Sequence record: SRR20825019_327
Length of the DNA stretch: 59,291 nt
Strand: one strand, 5' to 3'
Under the pieces are notes generated by a model. That model ran no database searches. It was not told where the DNA came from and saw nothing but the letters and a program-made list of their open reading frames with translations. Shown in pieces: positions 40,361 to 50,300 of the stretch (its first letter is position 1; each line of letters starts with the position of its first letter). Made by a program: the position numbers and the translations under genes.

Positions 40361-40885
40361 ATGCACCGTGCGGAAGAAGATTTGCTGGTACTGAAGGCCC
40401 AAGCTGGTGATAGCCGGGCATTTGGTGTGCTTTACGGGCATTATAATCCGCCGCTTCGGCGTTTTGCCTTCCGCCTTTGTGGTGATGAGCAGCTTGCTTT
40501 TGATGCGGTGCAGGAAGCGTGGATATCGCTTACCACCACCCTCAAAAAACTTGAAGACCCCCGCGCGTTTCGTGTGTGGATGTACCGTACAGTGAGATGG
40601 CGCATCACGGACCTTGTGCGCAAGCGCGGTGATGTGCACCAACCGCTTGAGGAAGCAGAGGTGGGGAGTGTGGACGAAAGCCCCGAGCTTGCCACGTCCA
40701 CACAACTTGGCGCGCATATCAGGCTGCTCCCCGATGAAGCGCGGGTGACGCTGGTTCTGTTTTACCTTGAAGAAATGAAACTCACCGAGATCGCAGCCGT
40801 GCTCGCGGTCCCTGTGGGTACTGTAAAGTCCAGACTGTTCCGGGCGCGTGAGCACCTGCGGCAGCAAATGTCAGGAGAAGAATGA
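40361..40885 (+). CDS. ECF RNA polymerase sigma factor
   Basis: AQAGD.RAF, DAVQEAW, FRVWMYR, LFYLEEM...EIAAVL.VPVGTVKSRLFRAR. Confidence 0.93.
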   Translation: MHRAEEDLLVLKAQAGDSRAFGVLYGHYNPPLRRFAFRLCGDEQLAFDAVQEAWISLTTTLKKLEDPRAFRVWMYRTVRWRITDLVRKRGDVHQPLEEAEVGSVDESPELATSTQLGAHIRLLPDEARVTLVLFYLEEMKLTEIAAVLAVPVGTVKSRLFRAREHLRQQMSGEE

Positions 40886-41259
40886 TGGCAAATTTGGATG
40901 AAATGATCAAAAACGAGCTTGAGAAGGAAACATCGGAGATCGATGAACTGCTGGCGAAAGAGGGCGGTTTGCCCGATATGGTGGCGGCTGCATGGAAAGG
41001 CAGCATGCGGCGCTGGGTATGGGCTACGGGTGTATTTGTTTTTGTGTTCACGGCGCTCCTGGTTTGGTGCGGCTATGAGTTTTTCACCGCTGCGACAGGT
41101 GACGATCGCATCTTCTGGGGGTTCTGCACTTTGTTTGCGCTTGCGCCGCAGGTAGCGCTCAAAGAGTGGCAATGGATGGAGATGAACCGGGCTTCCATGA
41201 TGCGCGAAGTGAAGCGGCTCGAGATTGCTGTGGCACATTTGGCGGCACGACTGAAATAG
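40882..41259 (+). CDS. Two-TM membrane protein (DUF6768-like), probable anti-sigma partner
   Basis: ATGA overlap with the sigma gene; two TM helices; C-terminal WMEMNRASMMREVKRLE. Confidence 0.7.
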   Translation: MMANLDEMIKNELEKETSEIDELLAKEGGLPDMVAAAWKGSMRRWVWATGVFVFVFTALLVWCGYEFFTAATGDDRIFWGFCTLFALAPQVALKEWQWMEMNRASMMREVKRLEIAVAHLAARLK

Positions 41260-41327
41260 TCGGCTGGCATTTGCTTATCCTGCGGCTTGCACTAGTTTGA
41301 TAGGGCAAGCTGAGAGGGAGAGAACCG

Positions 41328-41807
41328 ATGACAACCGTACATGATTTCACCTGCGATCGTTTGAACGGGAAAGCAGAAGACCTGAGCGCATACAAGGGCA
41401 AGGTCATGCTCATCGTCAACACAGCGTCCAAATGTGGTTTCACACCGCAGTTTGAGGGGCTCGAGACGCTTTATAAAGACCTCAAGGACAAGGGGCTCAT
41501 CATCCTCGGGTTTCCGTGCAACCAGTTTGGCAAGCAGGACCCGGGCAGCAACGATGAGATCGGTGAGTTTTGCCAGATCAACTATGGTGTCAGCTTCCCG
41601 ATGTTCGCAAAAATAGACGTGAACGGTGAGGGGGCGGCCCCCCTGTATAAGCACCTGAAAGCTGAAAAAAAGGGCGTGCTGGGGTCCAAGCGCATCAAAT
41701 GGAACTTCACCAAGTTTCTGGTGAACAAGGACGGCAAAGTGGTGAAACGCTTCGCCCCCACCGACAAACCCGAAGCGATCCGCAAACATATCGAAGCGCT
41801 GCTTTAA
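41328..41807 (+). CDS. Cytoplasmic glutathione peroxidase (BtuE-like)
   Basis: [35 protein letters not shown]. Confidence 0.95.
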   Translation: MTTVHDFTCDRLNGKAEDLSAYKGKVMLIVNTASKCGFTPQFEGLETLYKDLKDKGLIILGFPCNQFGKQDPGSNDEIGEFCQINYGVSFPMFAKIDVNGEGAAPLYKHLKAEKKGVLGSKRIKWNFTKFLVNKDGKVVKRFAPTDKPEAIRKHIEALL

Positions 41808-41830
41808 AGGCTGCCATCCACAAGCCTCAT

Positions 41831-41844
41831 AATGTGATCACATT
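41831..41844. promoter_or_regulatory. Perfect palindrome AATGTGATCACATT, candidate operator
   Basis: 14-bp palindrome about 90 nt upstream of the SpdH-like operon. Confidence 0.4.
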
Positions 41845-41933
41845 TTTGCTTTTGTCTACCTCGGTTCTCAGATAAGCTCTTGCGTCAAGGGCGCTAGGGG
41901 TAGGGCCTTTTGTGTGGAATAAGAGGGGTGGTT

Positions 41934-43817
41934 ATGTCCAAGCTTAAGGGCATCAGTAGACGCGATTTTCTGGGTGGTGTTGCGCTTGTGGGGTTGGCTG
42001 CAGGCATGTCACCCGCACGTGCGATGGCGCAGGGGCTTGTGCCATCTGACGGTGCCTGGACCTATCCGCCCGCCAAAATGGGTATGCGCGGTAGTCACGT
42101 GGGCAGCTTTGAGGTTGCGCACGCGATCTCGTGGGAGGGACAGACGTTTGAGCGGCCTGATACCCGCAAGGACGGCCTTTATGATCTGGTGATCGTGGGG
42201 GGCGGTATCAGCGGCCTTGCGAGTGCTGTGCTGGCGCAGGAAAAACTGGGGTCTGATGCCCGCATCCTTATTCTCGATAACCACGACGATTTTGGTGGCC
42301 ATGCCAAGCGTAACGAGTTTGATGTCGACGGCAAGAAGCTGATCGGCTATGGCGGTAGCCAGACCATCGAGGCGCCCGGCAGGTATAGCGAAGGTAGCCG
42401 TGCTTTCCTCGAAACGCTGGGTATCGAGACCGAAAAATTCTACCGCTATTTTGACCAGAGCTTTTATGAGCGGGCCGGGCTTGGTGCCGGGGTGCACCCG
42501 GACGCGGAAACCTATGAGGGCAGCAAATTGATGCGCGCGGGTGCCAGCTACGGTGTTTGGGCTGCCTATGACGAAGAGGACAAAGCGCGCCTCGCAGAAG
42601 TTATCGCAAGCCTCCCCATATCCGCCAGGCAACAACAAGCCATGCATCGCTGGCTGATGGAGCAACCGAATTGGCTATCCGATATGCCGGAGGGTGAGAA
42701 GATCGAGTTCCTCCGCAACCATTCTTACGAGCATTGCATGCAGGAGTTTGGCGGGCTTGAAGAAGAGGCGCTTTTGTTGATGCGCAACGAGATGACCGGC
42801 CTTTGGGGTGTGGGATGGGATGCGATCTCGGGCCTTGAGGCGCTGCGCCTCGGTCAGGGCGGTACATTGGGGCTGGGGATTGACCCGCAGTCTGTGCCGA
42901 AGCCCTATCAGACGGATGAGCCTTATATCTTCCATTTCCCGGATGGCAACGCGGGCGTGGCCCGGCTTGCGGTCGCCACGCTGATCCCAAATGCGCTTGA
43001 GGCAGAGAGCATGGAGGCCGAGGTAAACGCACGAGTGCATTATGACCGGTTGGACCTCGCTGAAAACAACGTGCGTGTTCGTCTTTCAAGTACGGTGGTG
43101 GAAGCGCGCAACACGGATGCTGGTGTTGAGGCCACCTATGTGCGCGACGGCAAGGTAGAGCGCGTTGAGGCCCGTGCGGGTATTATGGCGTGTTATAATC
43201 ATATTCTGCCGTTTATTATGCCTGAACTCCCTGAAGAGCAGCGCGAGGCGCTTGATTGGCCGGAAAAGGTACCGCTTGCTTATATCAATGTGGCGCTCAG
43301 GAACTGGCGGGCGTTCAAGGCCGCAGGCGTGCACCATGTGCTGTCGCCCGGCAGTATGTTCTCAAACTATTCGCTCGATTTCCCGGTCAGCATGGGGGGC
43401 TATAATTTCGCGGCCTCGCCTGACGATCCTATATTGCTGCACATGACCTATGTGCCAACGGCTCCCGGCCTTATCGCGCGCGAGCAACACAAAGCGGGGC
43501 GCTATGAGATGTACGGCCTGAGCTTTGAGGACTTTGAAGAGGCCATCGTGCGTGAGTTGACCGATGCCATGGGCCCATACGGTTTTGATGCGGAGCGCGA
43601 CATCGCGGGCATTACGGTCAACCGATGGCCTCACGGTTATGCCTATGAATATAATGAGCTTTTTGATGGTGATTGGAGCCCGGAAAAAGGCCCCCATATT
43701 GCGGCGCGAAAGAAAGTCGGCAAATTAGCCATCGCCAATTCCGACAGTTCAGCATACGCTTATGTCAATGGTGCGGTTGATGCCGCCATCCGTGCGGTTG
43801 GGGAACTGTACGGCTAG
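41934..43817 (+). CDS. Tat-exported FAD/heme oxidoreductase, spermidine dehydrogenase (SpdH)-like
   Basis: SRRDFL Tat motif, YPPAKMGMRGSH.GSFEVAH, GGGISG, DNHDDFGGHAKRNEF, HFPDGNA, ITVNRWPHGY. Confidence 0.85.
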   Translation: MSKLKGISRRDFLGGVALVGLAAGMSPARAMAQGLVPSDGAWTYPPAKMGMRGSHVGSFEVAHAISWEGQTFERPDTRKDGLYDLVIVGGGISGLASAVLAQEKLGSDARILILDNHDDFGGHAKRNEFDVDGKKLIGYGGSQTIEAPGRYSEGSRAFLETLGIETEKFYRYFDQSFYERAGLGAGVHPDAETYEGSKLMRAGASYGVWAAYDEEDKARLAEVIASLPISARQQQAMHRWLMEQPNWLSDMPEGEKIEFLRNHSYEHCMQEFGGLEEEALLLMRNEMTGLWGVGWDAISGLEALRLGQGGTLGLGIDPQSVPKPYQTDEPYIFHFPDGNAGVARLAVATLIPNALEAESMEAEVNARVHYDRLDLAENNVRVRLSSTVVEARNTDAGVEATYVRDGKVERVEARAGIMACYNHILPFIMPELPEEQREALDWPEKVPLAYINVALRNWRAFKAAGVHHVLSPGSMFSNYSLDFPVSMGGYNFAASPDDPILLHMTYVPTAPGLIAREQHKAGRYEMYGLSFEDFEEAIVRELTDAMGPYGFDAERDIAGITVNRWPHGYAYEYNELFDGDWSPEKGPHIAARKKVGKLAIANSDSSAYAYVNGAVDAAIRAVGELYG

Positions 43818-43842
43818 ACATATCTCGGGGGAGAGACGATCC

Positions 43843-45210
43843 ATGCAGGCGAAGGGGGCACACCCGTCGTTCACGTCACGGCTGGCGTTTATCATTGTAA
43901 CCGCAGGTTCGGCCATCGGGCTTGGTAACATATGGGGCTTCACCTATGTTGCCGGGGCCAACGGTGGTGGCGGTTTTGTTCTCATTTATCTGCTCGCGCT
44001 GGCCTTTGTGGCAGGCCCCGCCTTTATGGCGGAACTGTTGATTGGCCGCATGGGCAAGGCAAGTCCACCCAATGCTATGAAGAAGCTGCGTGAAGGGGCC
44101 AAGGCGCACCTGCCGTGGCAGGGTGTGGCGTGGATGGGGCTCTTAAGCACCATCCTTGTGCTTAGCTTCTACGCGGTGATTGCCGGGCAGGGTATGTACT
44201 ATGGCCTTGTGGCGCTTCAGGGTGGTTTTGAAGGCTGGGCTGAGGATGCCGTGGTCGGGCTCGATGCTTCGTTTCGCGATGCCCCCTTGATGATGACCTT
44301 CTGGTCAGCGGCCTTCATGACAGCAACGGCCATTATCGTATCTTTTGATATCCGCACGGGGCTTGAAGGTGCCGGGAAAATCCTGATGCCTATCCTTTTC
44401 CTTATGCTGCTTGGCCTTGTAGTTTACGCGGGCCAGATCGGGGATATGTCGTCAGCGGTGGATTTCCTCTTCGGTTTTCACGACATGCAGTTTGGCCCAA
44501 GGCTGTTTCTGGATGCTGTTGGGCAGGCGTTTTTCACCCTTGGTGTGGGTGTTGGCGGCATCATGACATATGGCTCCTACATGGGGGATGATGTGAACAT
44601 GCCGCGCGCGACCTTGTGGATTTTGGCAGCTGATCTGTTCGTGGCGTTGGCTGCGGGCCTCGCGATCTTCCCGCTGGTGTTTGCAAGTGGTGTTGATGCA
44701 GCCGCTGGACCTGGCCTTGTGTTCATGACACTACCGCTTATTTTCTCAGACCTGCCGGGCGGCGCTTTTGTGGCGTTCGCCTTTTTCCTGCTGTTGACGT
44801 TTGCGGCCGTGACATCGTCAATTTCGCTACTGTCACCCACCGTGGCGCGGCTTGAAGAAGCCGGTTTCCGCCGTGGCCCGTCTGCTGCCGTGATGGCCTT
44901 CACGGTAGTGACCGTCAGCCTTCTGACCATCATGTCATTTGCCGATTGGCGTGATTTTTACCCGCTGGCCGCAATAGGCCTTGACGGTATGACGCCGTTC
45001 CAGCTGATCCGTGAAGGAGTAAGTAACATTGTGATGCCTTTTTCCGGGCTGGCTTACTGTCTGATCATTGGTTGGGCGCTGAAACGGGGTGATGTGCGCG
45101 CAGCCTTGCCGATGAAAGAAGGGGGCCTATTTACTCTTTGGTACGGGGTCATGCGTTTTGTGGCACCGGCAGCAATCGCGGCTCTGTTTATCGGGGCAAT
45201 GCTCAGCTAA
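43843..45210 (+). CDS. Sodium-dependent transporter (NSS/SNF family)
   Basis: FTSRLAFI...GSAIGLGNIW, NGGG.F, GQAFFTLG, TYGSY, GPGLVF.TLP, AAVTSSISLL. Confidence 0.9.
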   Translation: MQAKGAHPSFTSRLAFIIVTAGSAIGLGNIWGFTYVAGANGGGGFVLIYLLALAFVAGPAFMAELLIGRMGKASPPNAMKKLREGAKAHLPWQGVAWMGLLSTILVLSFYAVIAGQGMYYGLVALQGGFEGWAEDAVVGLDASFRDAPLMMTFWSAAFMTATAIIVSFDIRTGLEGAGKILMPILFLMLLGLVVYAGQIGDMSSAVDFLFGFHDMQFGPRLFLDAVGQAFFTLGVGVGGIMTYGSYMGDDVNMPRATLWILAADLFVALAAGLAIFPLVFASGVDAAAGPGLVFMTLPLIFSDLPGGAFVAFAFFLLLTFAAVTSSISLLSPTVARLEEAGFRRGPSAAVMAFTVVTVSLLTIMSFADWRDFYPLAAIGLDGMTPFQLIREGVSNIVMPFSGLAYCLIIGWALKRGDVRAALPMKEGGLFTLWYGVMRFVAPAAIAALFIGAMLS

Positions 45211-45222
45211 CAGGGGAAGAGA

Positions 45223-46209
45223 ATGACAGACTGGCCCACACCGGAAATGGTAACCACAAACGGTGTGACCATCGGTGTTTACCGTATGGGGCCAGAGGTT
45301 AGCGCGGCCAGCAAACCGCCGATTGTTTTCCTGCACGGCTTCCCTGAGATTGCCTACAGCTGGCGTGCGCAGATGACCGCGTTCTCGGAAGCTGGCCACC
45401 CGGTTTTTGCCCCGGACCAACGCGGGTATGGTGTCTCAAGCGCGCCGGAAGGCGCGGCGGAATATACCATGCAGAAGCTGACGGATGACCTTAAAGGGCT
45501 TCTTGATCACTACGGCATTGAGAAGGCCGTCTTTGTGGGGCACGACTGGGGCGCGATTATCCTGTGGTCGTTGCCTTTTTATATGCCGGAACGGTTGCTT
45601 GGCTGCGCGGGGCTTAATGTGCCGCTTCTGCCCCACTATCCCATGGACCCGATTGAGATGTTTCGCGCCCGGTTCGGCGACGACATGTATATCGTGCGCT
45701 TCCAGACAGAAGGGGCGTGTGAGCCAATTCTTGAGCGAGATCTGATGCAGACGTTCAAGTTTTTCTTGCGTAAGCCCAACAAGGGAAAACCGGAAAAAAA
45801 GGACGTGCCGTTTGAGGAAAAAAGCCTCGACCTTCTTGGTCTTCTCGAGATGGGGCCGGACGCATGGGGCGGAGAACAGCTGCTATCGGACAAGGAAACG
45901 GCGGTTTATGCCAAGACGTTTGAGAAAAACGGTTTCACCGGAGCGTTGCACTGGTACAGGAATTTTACCGCTAATTGGCAGGACCAGCGGCGTTTCCTGG
46001 TGGACGGCAAACTGCCCAAATTAACATTGCCCTGCCTGATGATCACTGCGGACCTTGACCGGGCGTGCCCACCCGCGATTGCGGAGCCCATGGCTGGTAT
46101 GTGCGAAAACTATACCCGCGTTGACCTTAAGGGGTGCGGGCATTGGAGCCAGCAGGAGCGCGCGGCAGACGTGAACGCGGCGATCATGGCCTGGATAGCT
46201 AAAATCTAG
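45223..46209 (+). CDS. Alpha/beta hydrolase, epoxide hydrolase (EphA-like)
   Basis: HGFPE, PDQRGYG, GHDWG nucleophile, WYR, GHWSQQE. Confidence 0.9.
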   Translation: MTDWPTPEMVTTNGVTIGVYRMGPEVSAASKPPIVFLHGFPEIAYSWRAQMTAFSEAGHPVFAPDQRGYGVSSAPEGAAEYTMQKLTDDLKGLLDHYGIEKAVFVGHDWGAIILWSLPFYMPERLLGCAGLNVPLLPHYPMDPIEMFRARFGDDMYIVRFQTEGACEPILERDLMQTFKFFLRKPNKGKPEKKDVPFEEKSLDLLGLLEMGPDAWGGEQLLSDKETAVYAKTFEKNGFTGALHWYRNFTANWQDQRRFLVDGKLPKLTLPCLMITADLDRACPPAIAEPMAGMCENYTRVDLKGCGHWSQQERAADVNAAIMAWIAKI

Positions 46210-46214
46210 TCAGC

Positions 46215-46715
46215 TCAGGAGCCTTTCGAAGCGTCCTCAATGCGGGAGAGATAGGCCTGCAGCAGCTTGCTGAGCGCCTCCAGTTCATCGCCGGTCAAAT
46301 CAGCGGTTAATGCCAACTGGGTTGCGATATGGTCCTTGAGCATACCGTCAACGAGCGCAAAGCCCTTGTCCGTAAGCGAGATCAGGAAACCCCGGCCGTC
46401 ATCCGGGTTTTTGACCCGTTCCACCAAACCTTCCTTAGCCAGCTGGTCAATCCTGTTGGTCATGGTGCCGGAGCTAACCATGGTCGTGGCCATCAAATCA
46501 CCGGGCGACAGGCGGAAGGGCGCGCCACTGCGGCGCAGCGTGGCCAGCACGTCAAAACTGGCTGCGTTCAACCCATATTTTGCGAAAGTTTTCCCCATGC
46601 CGCGGGAGAAGTGTTGCCCGAGCCGTGAGATGCGGCCAATCAATGCCATGGGCTCCAGCGTGAGGTCTGGGCGTTCGCGCGTCCATTGGGCGATTATCTT
46701 GTCCACATGGTCCAT
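46215..46715 (-). CDS. pecS: MarR family regulator, PecS/UrtR type
   Basis: DHVDKIIAQWTRERPDL, FDVLATLRRSG, LSPG.L, GTMTNRID.L, DGRG; divergent from pecM. Confidence 0.85.
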   Translation of the reverse strand: MDHVDKIIAQWTRERPDLTLEPMALIGRISRLGQHFSRGMGKTFAKYGLNAASFDVLATLRRSGAPFRLSPGDLMATTMVSSGTMTNRIDQLAKEGLVERVKNPDDGRGFLISLTDKGFALVDGMLKDHIATQLALTADLTGDELEALSKLLQAYLSRIEDASKGS

Positions 46716-46733
46716 ATGATTTTTTTTCACGGG

Positions 46734-46780
46734 AATATCTTGAAGTCAAGATATTATGCATTATCTTGACTTCAAGATAA
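46734..46780. promoter_or_regulatory. Two PecS operator palindromes
   Basis: AATATCTTGA-AG-TCAAGATATT (46734-46755) and TTATCTTGA-CT-TCAAGATAA (46761-46780) between pecS and pecM. Confidence 0.85.
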
Positions 46781-46797
46781 ATGACGAGGCTGAGCCG

Positions 46798-47679
46798 ATG
46801 AACAGAAATATGGACCTCTTGATAACTGCGTTGGCCCCTGCCATCTGGGGGTCGACGTATCTTATCACCACCGAGTTCCTGCCGGATGGTTATCCGCTCA
46901 CAGTTTCCATGCTGCGGGCGCTTCCGGCCGGGTTATTGCTGCTTCTCTTGGTGCGGCGGTTGCCTGAAGGCAAATGGTGGGGCCGGGTGTTCCTGCTGGG
47001 TGCACTCAACTTTTCCGTCTTCTGGTCGTTTCTGTTTCTTGCCGCTTACCGCTTACCGGGTGGTGTGGCTGCAACCGTCGGGGCAACCCAGCCCCTGATG
47101 GTGATTTTCATCGCGCGTATGGCGCTTGGCGCGCCCATCTTTCCGCTGTCTGTTGGGGCGGCCCTTGTGGGGCTTGGCGGTGTGGCGCTTTTGATCCTCA
47201 GCCCGGGCGCGGAATGGGATGTGGTTGGCATTATGGCGGGCATCGGCGGCGCCGTGTCCATGGCGTTTGGTACGGTCTTGAGCCGCAAATGGCAGCCGCC
47301 TGTATCGCTTCTCACCTTTACGTCATGGCAGCTCAGTGCAGGTGGCCTTTTGCTGGTGCCGGTTGCTCTGTGGTTTGAACCGCCGCTCCCCGCACTCACA
47401 GGCGATAATGTGTTCGGCTTTGTTTATCTTGGCCTTATTGGCGCGGCTTTCACCTATCTTTTGTGGTTCCGCGGGATCGCAAGGCTTCCGTCATCGCTTG
47501 TGGCGTCCCTTGGGTTTCTGAGCCCCTTGATGGCGGTGCTGCTCGGTTGGTTTGTCCTTGGCCAGTACCTGAGCGCGCAGGAGCTCACAGGCGTCGCGCT
47601 GGTACTTGGCAGTGTGTGGCTGAGCCAGAATGCGCATCGTGTGAAGAAACCTGTGCCACTAGAAGCTTCTTCCAACTAA
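46798..47679 (+). CDS. pecM: EamA/DMT transporter, PecM type
   Basis: TALAPAIWGSTY..TTEFLP, LRALPAG, AAYRLPGGVAA, WQL.AGG, LWFRG. Confidence 0.88.
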   Translation: MNRNMDLLITALAPAIWGSTYLITTEFLPDGYPLTVSMLRALPAGLLLLLLVRRLPEGKWWGRVFLLGALNFSVFWSFLFLAAYRLPGGVAATVGATQPLMVIFIARMALGAPIFPLSVGAALVGLGGVALLILSPGAEWDVVGIMAGIGGAVSMAFGTVLSRKWQPPVSLLTFTSWQLSAGGLLLVPVALWFEPPLPALTGDNVFGFVYLGLIGAAFTYLLWFRGIARLPSSLVASLGFLSPLMAVLLGWFVLGQYLSAQELTGVALVLGSVWLSQNAHRVKKPVPLEASSN

Positions 47680-47729
47680 GGGCTTAAAGTGAGTAAGCTT
47701 GCTCGATCTTGATAGTCGGAGTGATTGCG

Positions 47730-48377
47730 GTGACGGCGTATTGGCCAATGTTGATTGAGGGGTTTCTGGTGTCCTTGGGGCTTTTGCTCGCCATCGGCCC
47801 GCAAAATTTCTATGTGCTCAGGCAGGGCCTTCGGCACCGCCATGTGGGGGCGGTGACAACCACCACCTTCCTCTCGGATACCTTGATGATCGCGCTTGGC
47901 GTGCTGGGGGTAGGCACCTTCTTCTCAAACTATCCCGTAATCGCTTATTGGCTTGGTTGGGGTGGTGTTGCTTTTCTCACTTGGTTTGCCCTTAAAAGCC
48001 TGAAGGCTGCAATGAACCCGGACGCGCTAACGGACGAACGCATTGATGCTTCGGCGGGGGATGCCGCGGGGGGCACAGTGCGCGTGGCCGTATTGCATGC
48101 GCTTGCGTTTGCTTGGCTCAACCCTTGGGCCTATGTGGATACCATGGTGCTTATTGGCGGCGTGAGCGTGAAATATGAAACAGATACGGCGCGTTACGCC
48201 TTTATGGTGGGGGCCACGATTGCATCCGCCGTGTGGTTTTACAGTGTCGGGTACGGGGCTAAGCGCGCCGCGCCGCTCTTTAAAAAGCCTGTAACCTGGC
48301 GCATTCTTGACGGTATCATCACAATTATCATGCTGGGGGTTGCCGCGTTGCTTGTCCGGCACCAATTGACTCTATAG
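47730..48377 (+). CDS. LysE/ArgO family amino acid exporter
   Basis: LAIGPQNFYVLRQGL, WLNPWAYVDT..LIG, WRILDG; start uncertain (47730 or 47748). Confidence 0.88.
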   Translation: MTAYWPMLIEGFLVSLGLLLAIGPQNFYVLRQGLRHRHVGAVTTTTFLSDTLMIALGVLGVGTFFSNYPVIAYWLGWGGVAFLTWFALKSLKAAMNPDALTDERIDASAGDAAGGTVRVAVLHALAFAWLNPWAYVDTMVLIGGVSVKYETDTARYAFMVGATIASAVWFYSVGYGAKRAAPLFKKPVTWRILDGIITIIMLGVAALLVRHQLTL

Positions 48378-48407
48378 GCCTTCGACCAAATCCATCAGGA
48401 GCAAGCC

Positions 48408-49079
48408 ATGAAGCTGACAGGCATCAGCCTTTCGCCCTATTTTGAACGTGCGCTCATCACCCTTGATATGAAGGGGGCGCTTGACCGCGTTGAGCTTGCA
48501 CTGCCGCCAGGGTCTTTTGGTTCGCCTGAGCTGCGCGCCGCCAACCCCACGGGAAAAATCCCATACCTGACACTTGATGACGGCACTTTCATTCCCGAAG
48601 GGCAGGTGATCGTTGAATATTTCAATGATACCTTCGGCGGCCCAAGCCTGATGCCGGCTAATGCGCTGGATGCCGCCCGTGCCAAACTATTGTGCCGCAC
48701 CATCGACCTTTATGTTGGCCCGCAAACTTCCGTGCTTGCCCGCACCATCACCCGCCGGGTGCGTGATGAAGCTGCGATCAAGGCAGCGCTTGAAGAAGGC
48801 TTGCCACTTGGGCTTAACCTTGTTGAAAGCCATATCACAGGCGAGCGCTTTGCGGTGGGTGATGCCTTCAGTATCGGCGATGCGGCCCTTATCCCTCATA
48901 TGTTCCACTTTCTGGTTTTCCTGAAAGATTTTGATGTTGATGTGTTCACATCTCGCCCCAAGCTCGCAGCATGGTGGGAGAAACAGCGGGAATCTGATAC
49001 GGTGAAACGAAGCCATGGACGCATGGCCACGTCGCTGGAGTTTTTAAGGTCGCGGCTGGCGAAGACGAAAGCCCAGTAG
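48408..49079 (+). CDS. Glutathione S-transferase family protein
   Basis: SPYFER, NPTGKIPYL, EGQVI.EY, FSIGD. Confidence 0.88.
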   Translation: MKLTGISLSPYFERALITLDMKGALDRVELALPPGSFGSPELRAANPTGKIPYLTLDDGTFIPEGQVIVEYFNDTFGGPSLMPANALDAARAKLLCRTIDLYVGPQTSVLARTITRRVRDEAAIKAALEEGLPLGLNLVESHITGERFAVGDAFSIGDAALIPHMFHFLVFLKDFDVDVFTSRPKLAAWWEKQRESDTVKRSHGRMATSLEFLRSRLAKTKAQ

Positions 49080-49107
49080 GCTTGCACAGAACGGGGAGGG
49101 CTGATTA

Positions 49108-49767
49108 ATGAAACTGGTTGGCGAAAGCGTATCACCTTATTTTGAGCGTGTGATGATCGGCCTTGATATCAAGGGCATGATGGACAAGCTTGACTACGGC
49201 ATGCCGGACGGGGGCTTCAAGTCTGAAGCCCACTGGCAAGCGCACCCGCTGGGTAAAATTCCGTATCTTATTCGGGATGATGGCAGCACGCTCACGGAAG
49301 GACAGGTGATCCTTGAGTATCTTGATCGCCAGCTTGACGGCACGCCCCTGACACCGTCAGACTTTGAGGTAGCGACAAACGCCCGCGCCATCGCGCGCAT
49401 CCTTGATCTCTATTACGCGGAAGCTGTACGCCCCATGGGACGCGTGGCTTTCGGTGGCGCCGCAACAGATGAAGAGATTGCAAAAGCACGGGAAGAAGAC
49501 ATCCCGAAAGCGCTGGCTTATGCCTCAAAATATATGGGGGACGGCAAGTACGCCGTGGGCGACGATTGGACGATCGCGGATTGTGCGCTGATCTCCCACC
49601 TCTATTGGTATGGCGCCTTGATGCCGCGCTTTGGTCTGGAAGGTTTTGGGGATAACAAGAAGCTTGCTGATTATTGGGACCGGATGAAAGACAGCCCGCT
49701 TGTAACCCGCAGTTTTGAGCGCACCAAAAAAGCCTATGACAAGTTCTTTGGCGGAAAAGACAAATAA
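49108..49767 (+). CDS. Glutathione S-transferase family protein (tandem paralog)
   Basis: SPYFER, HPLGKIPYL, EGQVILEY, WTIADC. Confidence 0.88.
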   Translation: MKLVGESVSPYFERVMIGLDIKGMMDKLDYGMPDGGFKSEAHWQAHPLGKIPYLIRDDGSTLTEGQVILEYLDRQLDGTPLTPSDFEVATNARAIARILDLYYAEAVRPMGRVAFGGAATDEEIAKAREEDIPKALAYASKYMGDGKYAVGDDWTIADCALISHLYWYGALMPRFGLEGFGDNKKLADYWDRMKDSPLVTRSFERTKKAYDKFFGGKDK

Positions 49768-49782
49768 GGGGCCAATAGCTAT

Positions 49783-50193
49783 ATGAGTGATGATGTAAAA
49801 TATAATGGCCGCTGTTTGTGTGGTGACGTGAAGGTGGAAATTGTGGCTGAGCCCCTGTGGTCAAGCCACTGCCATTGCCCCAGTTGCCAGAAGGCTACAA
49901 GCGCAGCATTCGCAACATATGTGGGTTTTGACCGCACGGCTGTGCGTTTCACCGCAGAAGAGCCGAAGATGTACCGCTCCAGCCCCGGTGTGAAGCGGCG
50001 CTTTTGTGGCAAATGCGGTAGCCCCGTGTCGTTCGAAGGCGAAGAATGGCCCGGCGAAATTCACTTCCATGCGCTCTTTCTGGAACAAGCACCCGTGTTT
50101 GAGCCGGAGGCAAATATCTATGTTCGTTCCCGCATGCCATGGGTGGAACTAAGCCAGCATCTGCCGAAACATGACCAGTTTCCCGACGAGTAG
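49783..50193 (+). CDS. GFA/Mss4-like zinc-binding protein
   Basis: GRCLCG, HCHCPSCQK, RRFCGKCGSP. Confidence 0.9.
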   Translation: MSDDVKYNGRCLCGDVKVEIVAEPLWSSHCHCPSCQKATSAAFATYVGFDRTAVRFTAEEPKMYRSSPGVKRRFCGKCGSPVSFEGEEWPGEIHFHALFLEQAPVFEPEANIYVRSRMPWVELSQHLPKHDQFPDE

Positions 50194-50300
50194 CAGAATT
50201 TAACGTTTGCGCCCTTAATTTGTGCGGTTGCGGCTTGTTCTAGCCGCTGTTCTGCGTTAAGTCAGGCGCAAAGTTTTATCCGAATTTGAGGACCGATTTC

